NCBI GenBank assembly: GCA_031385045.1
Contig: JANNBC010000013.1
Coordinates: forward strand, 32,001 to 96,000
Direction of reading: 5' to 3'
DNA length: 64,000 nucleotides
Origin: a bacterium
Lineage (GTDB): Bacteria > Bdellovibrionota_C > UBA2361 > CALJRW01
Part shown: positions 28,130-36,018 of the stretch, piece by piece
Layout of the letters: every line of letters begins with the position of its first letter
How positions within the stretch are numbered: the first letter of the stretch is position 1
Position numbers and translations under genes: made by a program
Notes under the pieces: generated by a model
Seen by the model: the letters and a program-made list of their open reading frames with translations, nothing else
Told to the model about the DNA's origin: nothing
Databases searched by the model: none

Positions 28130-28447
28130 TTAAGCTGTGGCAGGAGGCGCGCGTCCGAAATTAGTAACTTGATAACTACTAGAAAATAATCTTTTGAATT
28201 GATAGCTAGGAATAATCGCGACCAAAGTGCGATTTGTTTGACTTGTAAAATCTTGACCTGCAATAATAAACTTCAGCAAGTCGATTGCTTGAAAACCATC
28301 TAAGTCATCCCGAGACTCAAATTTTTTAATTTCTAAAGTTTTATTGATTGAGCTGTCACAAGAATTGTGAATATCAGCAACGGCCTGAACAAAGCCAGTG
28401 AAGACAAGAATTGTTAAAAAAAGTTTCCGAAGAAACAAACCACACAT
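28130..28447 (-). CDS. Secreted leader protein ending in a RAPP motif (putative ribosome-arrest peptide)
   Basis: N-terminal signal-like segment, C-terminus ...FGRAPPATA*; stop lies 54 nt ahead of the sulP ORF on the same strand. Confidence 0.65.
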   Translation of the reverse strand: MCGLFLRKLFLTILVFTGFVQAVADIHNSCDSSINKTLEIKKFESRDDLDGFQAIDLLKFIIAGQDFTSQTNRTLVAIIPSYQFKRLFSSSYQVTNFGRAPPATA

Positions 28448-29048
28448 AAAAATATTTAGTGCAAAGGAATTTTGATAGCAAACAAAAACAAAATTTTAGG
28501 GCTATCCAGTTTGTATCTTATAGAGGAGGTTTGTTTCTTACACAATGGACTAGTCAATGAATTTCTAAACTAGTAACCCACACAAGTTTCCAATAGGCAG
28601 ACTTAACACCTTAAAATCACTTGCTTTTTAGGCCTAATAGAAAATTTAGGTAAAAATAAAAATTTTCTTTATAAGCTTTTTGATTAAAATCAGTCCCGAT
28701 TAAGAAATGTTTAACAAGTACTTATCTCTAATAGCTTTTAATCAGAACTAAAAATTATTAAAAAGTTTTTTAATAATTTCCATTAAAAAATTTTAAAGAT
28801 AAAATCAAATCATATTCATTTGGTTAATTTCTCATTGATGTTGAATTATCAGATAAACCTGACGGAAGTTAAATATGTTAACCCTTTCCGAATAATTAAT
28901 TTAAAATAACGTCATTGTATTTAATGTTTTTGAGTAGTACTCTTTTTTTGAGATAAAACTCAAATCCGAAAATACATGCTTATTGTCATGCCAAAGCCTT
29001 AGAAATTAACAATGGCTTTTTTACTAATTATATTTTTGTATTAGAACA

Positions 29049-29258
29049 ATGTTAGAAAAAGAATCTCCAAATACGACTAACTTAACAGGTGAAGCACTTA
29101 GAGAACATCTAGCGAATCACTACAAGAATACGATTGGAACATCCCCAGTCGACCCTGCCGCTACTTTGCCAGCTAGCGGAAGGCGCTTTGATATTGCTGC
29201 TCTAGTTTTGGTTGCCTCTCAACAATGTCTTGAACTTGTAAGCAACCTTCCATTATAA
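29049..29258 (+). CDS. Small hypothetical protein
   Basis: 69-aa ATG ORF at the end of a 600-bp AT-rich gap; no motif. Confidence 0.4.
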   Translation: MLEKESPNTTNLTGEALREHLANHYKNTIGTSPVDPAATLPASGRRFDIAALVLVASQQCLELVSNLPL

Positions 29259-29283
29259 GCCTTTGGTTTAATCTGGTTACTCG

Positions 29284-31284
29284 CTAATTATTAATTACTG
29301 CCTTTCCTAAAAACTGGAAACTAACTTGTGGGTGATTTTTTTTAGAGTTAAAAACTCGAACCTTACCATCAGGCAGTGATTCCAGCTCGTAATCATTGAT
29401 TATTTCACTAGCTTCATGATTAGCTGCAACTAAGATAATGCCTCGATCTGTTTGAATAAAATCTAATGCTGGTAAATCTTCTCTCAATAATCGAAGAAAA
29501 CTTTTATATGAATAATCAGTAATTAAGGAGTTATTAATCACTAAAGTTGGAGTTTCTGAATCCAAATTTCCAACTAAGCCAATTGGAGTGATTTCAGCAA
29601 TCGTAAATGGGATTGCCTTTTCTGTGATCAGCTCATCCTCTTGATCTCTAAAGAAGAGTCCAGTGTATCCTTCTTCTCCAACGAACAAACAACAAATCTC
29701 TTCCTTGTTATAGTAATGCACACCGATCAAGGCTCCAAAGATTTCTCTCTGCTCAAGACTAACTAAATGATTCGCACAGTAAAAAGTAAGTGTTCCATCT
29801 CGTGCACTCTCTGCTAAGCAAGTCAGCTCATTATTCTCATTTACATGAATCCCAATTGGCCAATTGGGATTATTTGGAAATTTAACTGAACGTAAATTAA
29901 ACATCTGCAAAGGATCTAAGATCAGTTTCCATCCAGTGCTGGAACATAGTAATTCTGGGATAATTGCTTTCGAACTGGGAAGGACGTGACAAGGCATACT
30001 AGTAATAAAAATACTATTCTCACTCTCCTGCAAAAATTCGCCATTAAAAATACAGTGCTTCTGTCCAGCAGTCTGAACTATGGCGTTTCCAGTAGCATGA
30101 AACTCTGGACAAGCTTGAAAAGCTTCCACTTGTTGCTGATTAATTAGAAAAATAGCATTAATAATAGGATAACCTTCAGCACATAAAGAAACAATACAAA
30201 GTGCCCGACCCCGATCTTCAATTGTTGCTTGAAAAAAAAGTTTCCCTTGATAAAAAACCGGTGAGGTTTCTAGCTCCATTGCTAAGATTCCATCGAAGGA
30301 AGGATCGTTACTTAAAAAATCTGAATCTTCTAATTGAAAACTACTTAAATCATAATTCAGAAATGGTAAGCTCCGATCATCTTTTGTCAGCTCGCCCCAA
30401 AATACAATTTGAGACTTGCCTTTAATTTCAACTAAGGCTGAGTGAATATCAAAGATTGGGTAATCATCAACCGAGAGCTTCTCATGTAACTCGCCCTCTT
30501 TAATTAAGTAAACAAACTTACTTGTAGCAATAATCCCAGTAGGCTTTTTTGTTTCCTTAAGAAATTCGGCATTAATAAAGTCACCATCTAAATCTACAGG
30601 GAAAATCTGATTAGACTGAAAAAGATATAACTCTCGGCCAACTTGATACACCCCTAAGGTCTGGCCGAAATCATTATAAGCCAAAACATTGAAACGATTC
30701 GGCGTAATCAAGCCAACTTTTAACATTGGCTTGCCATTAACTAATGAATAGAGATGCGTCTGATCTGCAGTGCTCGCATCTAAATCTAACACCTCAACAA
30801 TTGCCTTATTTTGAGCTGGAGCAATTTCTAGAACTCTTTTGATTCGTCCTACTTTCGTATCAATCAATACTTGTCCACTAATAAGTGGAAACTGACTGCC
30901 ATAATATTCGACAACTCCATACTTCTCACCTAAAACTTGCCACCGATCTTGTACTTTAGAAATTATAGTACAGGCTAAGAGTTCATTTAAAATTCCTTCT
31001 GCCGGCAAAAAAACACCCTGATTAGCTTTTAATTGAGTGATAGATTTAAGAGCAGTAGTAAGAGATTGATCATCAACGACAGTCGGAATCACTGCCTTCC
31101 CAAAATCAAACTCCTTAATTACTCTAACTGCATTTGCGGGATCTTTTGTTAGATCTAGTTTAAGAATTGCTACGAGCGCGAAACAAGCCCGATAAAGATC
31201 AGAACGTAAGCTCCGTGGTAAGCTTTCTTCGCACTTAACAGCATTTACAAGAACAGGAAGACTTTGGACTAAATCTGACAACAT
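29284..31284 (-). CDS. Hypothetical protein (helical N-terminus, beta-rich remainder)
   Basis: 666-aa ORF; no recognisable family. Confidence 0.65.
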   Translation of the reverse strand: MLSDLVQSLPVLVNAVKCEESLPRSLRSDLYRACFALVAILKLDLTKDPANAVRVIKEFDFGKAVIPTVVDDQSLTTALKSITQLKANQGVFLPAEGILNELLACTIISKVQDRWQVLGEKYGVVEYYGSQFPLISGQVLIDTKVGRIKRVLEIAPAQNKAIVEVLDLDASTADQTHLYSLVNGKPMLKVGLITPNRFNVLAYNDFGQTLGVYQVGRELYLFQSNQIFPVDLDGDFINAEFLKETKKPTGIIATSKFVYLIKEGELHEKLSVDDYPIFDIHSALVEIKGKSQIVFWGELTKDDRSLPFLNYDLSSFQLEDSDFLSNDPSFDGILAMELETSPVFYQGKLFFQATIEDRGRALCIVSLCAEGYPIINAIFLINQQQVEAFQACPEFHATGNAIVQTAGQKHCIFNGEFLQESENSIFITSMPCHVLPSSKAIIPELLCSSTGWKLILDPLQMFNLRSVKFPNNPNWPIGIHVNENNELTCLAESARDGTLTFYCANHLVSLEQREIFGALIGVHYYNKEEICCLFVGEEGYTGLFFRDQEDELITEKAIPFTIAEITPIGLVGNLDSETPTLVINNSLITDYSYKSFLRLLREDLPALDFIQTDRGIILVAANHEASEIINDYELESLPDGKVRVFNSKKNHPQVSFQFLGKAVINN

Positions 31285-31445
31285 TAGAGTAAAGTAACAT
31301 TTTTTAAATGTTAAACAACTTCCAATTGTAACTAAATAAGGAATAGATATTTATTTACAAGCTAGTATGAATTTTCTATATTCATCAAAATTTTGTCTTT
31401 ACTAGCCTAGTGCTATTTCCCAATTAAATCTGAAGTAACCAAGCT

Positions 31446-32210
31446 GTGCTCCCATTAATTCAACCAACTCAAAAAGTAGCTCTAGAAATTGAGTTTAAAT
31501 ATCTATTACAAGATCCCGCTCCTAAACTATTGCAACAACTAGCTTTAAGTCCAATTCAAAAATTTATTGCTCAATATCATTTCAGCCGAGACTTAAGCCA
31601 GGCGATGCTACTACCAATCATGAGAGAACTTTGCCCAGAACAAATAGCATCGGTTGATGCTACTAGATTAAAGGGTCGAGTCCGAAAACTCACAGTGGAT
31701 GATCAAGTAAAATATATTCTTGGATTAAAGGGCCCGAAAGACGAAGCATTCAAACGACTAAATATCGTTTCTAAACCAGAAATTGAAGCGGAGTGTACAG
31801 AAGCAGAGTTTAAAAAACTAAAGAGAAATGCAGATAAAGGATATATTATTAAACAGCGCACTGTAGTTCCCTGTACCGTTTTACATGAAGGAACTACTTA
31901 TCAACTACAAGCTGAGTTTGATAAAGTTACTACTGTTAATGGTTATCATTTAAGACCAAATTTTCTAATTATGGAAATCGAAGTTCCAGAAGAAAATTCA
32001 ACTAAGATCATTCAAGCCGTAAGGAAAGGAATTGTCACCTTACACTTGCTAGATATGGATTTAAATCTTGATACTCTGAATAAAATCGAAATACCAATTG
32101 ATTGCGCCGAAGACTACGCTGACTTAATGGCCAGTAGTAAGCTAGTTGAGAACATCCATCATAAACATGGACCAGTGAGACATCTTAAGAAATTCTTTGA
32201 CTTAGCCTAA
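31446..32210 (+). CDS. CYTH/triphosphate tunnel metalloenzyme-like protein
   Basis: N-terminal EIEFKYL (ExExK), RVRK, LGLKG, EIE, IIKQR, MEIE. Confidence 0.72.
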   Translation: MLPLIQPTQKVALEIEFKYLLQDPAPKLLQQLALSPIQKFIAQYHFSRDLSQAMLLPIMRELCPEQIASVDATRLKGRVRKLTVDDQVKYILGLKGPKDEAFKRLNIVSKPEIEAECTEAEFKKLKRNADKGYIIKQRTVVPCTVLHEGTTYQLQAEFDKVTTVNGYHLRPNFLIMEIEVPEENSTKIIQAVRKGIVTLHLLDMDLNLDTLNKIEIPIDCAEDYADLMASSKLVENIHHKHGPVRHLKKFFDLA

Positions 32211-32220
32211 CTTCGTTGGA

Positions 32221-33804
32221 CTAAAGAGGATCTTTAGAGAGAACGATATCAGCATTTTGAGAAAGAAATAATCTCTCAGCCCAGTCTCCAGGAAAAAGGA
32301 TCACATTATTACCATCCACATCTTTAGCTAATGCTGTTTCCATTGGAATTTTTAAAGTATCAGTCTTGTCAGCATATTCTTTTGGCAACCATCTAATACT
32401 ATTCCAATTGGTCATTTCAATCCGAGTCTGTGCCCCATACTCACTCTCTAAACGATACTGCACAACTTCAAACTGAAGTGGACCAACTGCAGCAAGAATT
32501 GGATCACGTTGCCCGCCGCCTTGCAGATATAAAGCTTGAACAACACCCTCCTGCAAAAGTTGTTCAAAACCAAGATGGAATCTTTTAAATTGAGCGGTTT
32601 GATTATTATGAAGATAGGCAAAAAACTCTGGAGCGAAACGAGGGATTTCCTGATAAACAATCGAAGTATCCTCTGTAACAGTATCACCAATTCTTAAATC
32701 TGAATGACCAATTACTCCGATAATATCTCCCGCAAATGCTTCCTCCACTGTCTCTCGATCTTGACCAAATAATTTATGCGAACTGGAAAGCCTAAGCGTC
32801 TTACCTGTTCGAGTGTGAGTGACACTCATGTCTCTTGAAAATTCTCCAGAACAAACACGAATAAAAGCAATCCGATCGCGGTGCTTAGGATCCATGTTAG
32901 CTTGAATCTTAAAAACAAAACCAGAAAAACTAGGCTTATCTGTTGGAACTAAACCATTAATTCCATGTCTAGCTCTCGGCTCCGCCGCATAATTTAAAAA
33001 TTCATCTAATAAAAATTGAATTCCAAAGTTATTAATCGCACTTCCAAAAAAAACTGGAGTTAGTTTTCCAGTTAAGACTTCTTCATGATTAAAATCAGAT
33101 CCCGCACCCTCTAGTACTTCTAGTTCCTCTACTACTCTTTCATAAACATCTTCGGCTAAGTGCTTGCGAACTAAAGGATCACTAATATCAGCTACTGCCT
33201 CTGGTGCACGATAAGAACCACCGGCAACCCTTTCAAATAAGTGAAATTGTCCCCGCATCCGATCGTAAATTCCGCGAAAATCATTTCCAGTTCCAAGTGG
33301 CCAGTTAACAGCATAAGCACTAATCCCCAAAACGCTTTCCAGTTCATCTAATAGTTCTAAAGGATCCTTAGCCGGTCGATCCAACTTATTCATAAAAGTA
33401 AAAATGGGAATGCCCCGACGACGACAAATTTCAAATAATTTGCGAGTTTGATTTTCAATCCCCTTACCAGCATCTATCACCATGATTACAGCATCAACTG
33501 CTGTTAGAACTCGGTACGTATCTTCTGAGAAATCTTTATGTCCCGGAGTATCTAGTAGATTAACAGCATAGCCCCGATACTCAAATTGCAGAACTGTTGA
33601 GCTGACGGAGATTCCTCGTTTACGTTCCAACTCCATCCAATCTGAAGTTGTTGCTCTTTGATTTTTCTTAGCAGAGACAGACCCGGCAAGTTGTACAGCT
33701 CCACCATAAAGTAAAAACTTTTCTGTTAACGTTGTCTTCCCGGCATCCGGATGGGAAATAATCGCGAAAGTTCTTCGCCGGGCAATTTGTTCACTAATCT
33801 TCAT
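32221..33804 (-). CDS. prfC: Peptide chain release factor 3
   Basis: RRTFAIISHPDAGKTTLTEK, DTPGHKDFSEDTYR, NKLD, FKIQANMDPKHRDR. Confidence 0.98.
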   Translation of the reverse strand: MKISEQIARRRTFAIISHPDAGKTTLTEKFLLYGGAVQLAGSVSAKKNQRATTSDWMELERKRGISVSSTVLQFEYRGYAVNLLDTPGHKDFSEDTYRVLTAVDAVIMVIDAGKGIENQTRKLFEICRRRGIPIFTFMNKLDRPAKDPLELLDELESVLGISAYAVNWPLGTGNDFRGIYDRMRGQFHLFERVAGGSYRAPEAVADISDPLVRKHLAEDVYERVVEELEVLEGAGSDFNHEEVLTGKLTPVFFGSAINNFGIQFLLDEFLNYAAEPRARHGINGLVPTDKPSFSGFVFKIQANMDPKHRDRIAFIRVCSGEFSRDMSVTHTRTGKTLRLSSSHKLFGQDRETVEEAFAGDIIGVIGHSDLRIGDTVTEDTSIVYQEIPRFAPEFFAYLHNNQTAQFKRFHLGFEQLLQEGVVQALYLQGGGQRDPILAAVGPLQFEVVQYRLESEYGAQTRIEMTNWNSIRWLPKEYADKTDTLKIPMETALAKDVDGNNVILFPGDWAERLFLSQNADIVLSKDPL

Positions 33805-33923
33805 GGATCTTATTTAAAACGTTAAATAACGTCTATCATTTAACTCTTTAAAAAGCCACTTTCTCCATTTAAAAACAATATTTTATACACTAAGAGAACT
33901 CTCTAACTGCCCCTGAACAATTA

Positions 33924-34669
33924 CTAGATCGTTGCCAAGGCAAACATGTTACTTAAGCTTTTTAACTGCAGTGCGTGGATATTATGAGCTTTGCCTAAGT
34001 CTAATAACCTCTGTCCTGAGGCAGTTTGATACTGATGATCTTTAAAGAACTTAATACTATCATCAATAAAACTAGTAGAATTGTCATAAGCAAATAAATC
34101 ACTAGCTCCAAACAATTCCTTATATAAGCTACAACTAATCTTCCACTGCGTTAAGCAATCTGTACTACCTAGATTAAACATGTCAGCATCCTGTAAAATT
34201 GCATCCGCCAAATCTTTTGCTGGAACTTGGCAAATCCGCCCATCGGCTCGGCGCTCCATACAAGTCGCCATAATCCTTCCACCAATTTCATCAAGAGATT
34301 TCTGATCAAAAAAATCAGCTAAATTTGCCTTAGCAAACTCCACACTGCGAATTTCATGAGCTTGAGCACCTTCACGTTGACCAGTATCATGATAAAAAGC
34401 AGCAAATAATAATTTTGTTAACTGCGGATTCTCTACTTTTAATAAATCTACTAATGGTAATTTATGCTCCATACCCCAAAGGATCATGACGGCCTCAACC
34501 ACCATCATGGATCTAAATTATGAAAAGACTTCTCCGCTGGTAGGCTTGCTAATAATTCTAATGCCGGCCGCAAAGCTGCCGCATTTTGCTGAATGAACTC
34601 ATTCCTTAAATCTTTTGCAAGCCGAAATGTCTCCGTCAGATCCTGAGTTACTACTATTCGTTGCTCCAT
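33924..34669 (-). pseudogene. HD-domain phosphohydrolase split by a frameshift near 34508
   Basis: Upstream 54-aa ORF (34669-34505, RBS AGGGAG) ends ...SFHNLDP*; the downstream frame continues MMVVEAV...FYHDTG...HE..S..DAD. The expected HNxxHT motif is broken at the junction. Confidence 0.72.
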
Positions 34670-34890
34670 AACCACTCCCTACAAACATTAAAGTTGATAA
34701 AAAGAGTTATGAAGCAGTTTAACTTTTGTTGCTTAGCCAATAATTTGGGAATTGCCCATTTTATACCTTGTAAATAGCCAAAAATCCCTACATAATATCA
34801 AAATATGCGATAAAGTATCAAAAACTGCTAAAGAGCATCCACTCTTTAAGACAAGCCAGTGAACATAATTGCAATATTTATCACAAAGTT

Positions 34891-36012
34891 ATGCCTGAAA
34901 AACATTCTAAATCCTTTAAACAGTTTTTTAATGAGCAATTCGAACTCTGGTCACTAGAGAACAATCTTAGCTTAAGAGATCTAGCAGACCGTTGCGGAGT
35001 TACCTCCTCCTATCTTGGGCAGGTCAAAAATTATGGTCGAATCCCAGGTCTTCCTGTATTAATCCTTCTGGCCTTTAACTTTAAACTTTCTAAGCCAGCT
35101 GATATTCTAAAAATTGCCGAAATCAATTCTACTTGGCCTTATCGCCCAAATATCAAATTAAAAGATAGCCAAGATGAGACTCCTGGATTTATAAATTTTA
35201 AAATTGACATGAGTGGTTTTCAAGGAGCGATCAGAGAAATTGTTCGCGACGAAATTCGTCCTCAGAGCTTGCCAGAATTAAACTCCAAGACAACCCTGCG
35301 GATCGGCATCAACCCATTGCAAAGTGGTTTTCAAAACAAATCCAAACAACATATCTTCCAAGAACTTTTCCAACTAATCACAGTTAGCATGCATGCTAAT
35401 TTAGAATTTGTAGAAGTAGATCATCGCAACGCTTTAGAAATGCTAAAATCTGGTCGCCTAGATATTTATGGCCCACTTTACATTACCGCCTCAAGAATCG
35501 GCCACTACACTTTTTCTGAACCTCTGGGCCACTCCCCAATGTCCGTTTTCTGGAGAACAGCTCCAAGTAAATTCCTAGAAGAATTGCCTATTCCACAAAA
35601 TTTACAAGAAATAAAAAAGAACCCATATAAAATAGCAGTCCTAGCAGAAACGTGTAGTCATGATTTTGCTCGTAATATTTTAAACCTCAACTCAGAAAAT
35701 CTAATTATCTGTGAAAATCCAGAGGAAATAATTGAACGCGTAACCCTTAGTGGACTAAAAAGATCAGCCCACTTTGCCTTCTGTGACTTGCTAACATCAA
35801 GCTCTATCCAAGAAGACTTTCCATCTTCTGTGAAATTACTTTTTAAAGATAATCCCCTACAGCCAGGATACGACTTATCAATTGCAGTGAGAGAAGACTG
35901 GCCGGACTTCTTAAGAAAACTAAATACCACAATTACTTTTCTAAAATCCCACGGCAGCCTTGAGGATCTCTACCAACGCCATAGTATTGATTTTTTAAAT
36001 TTCCAAAAATAA
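34891..36012 (+). CDS. XRE-type HTH regulator fused to a solute-binding (SBP family 3-like) domain
   Basis: LSLRDLADRCGVTSSYLGQVKNYGRIP HTH; then LRIGI, LKSGRLDI, ITASR...FSEP, LKSHGSLEDLYQRH; no signal peptide. Confidence 0.8.
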   Translation: MPEKHSKSFKQFFNEQFELWSLENNLSLRDLADRCGVTSSYLGQVKNYGRIPGLPVLILLAFNFKLSKPADILKIAEINSTWPYRPNIKLKDSQDETPGFINFKIDMSGFQGAIREIVRDEIRPQSLPELNSKTTLRIGINPLQSGFQNKSKQHIFQELFQLITVSMHANLEFVEVDHRNALEMLKSGRLDIYGPLYITASRIGHYTFSEPLGHSPMSVFWRTAPSKFLEELPIPQNLQEIKKNPYKIAVLAETCSHDFARNILNLNSENLIICENPEEIIERVTLSGLKRSAHFAFCDLLTSSSIQEDFPSSVKLLFKDNPLQPGYDLSIAVREDWPDFLRKLNTTITFLKSHGSLEDLYQRHSIDFLNFQK

Positions 36013-36018
36013 CGAAAC

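Noticed and set aside
28448..29048. Replication origin
   Set aside because: AT-rich, but no clustered TTATCCACA boxes and no dnaA/gidA context.
34790..34890. GATA-N3-TATC-like operator repeats upstream of the XRE regulator
   Set aside because: Too short and degenerate to distinguish from chance in AT-rich DNA.
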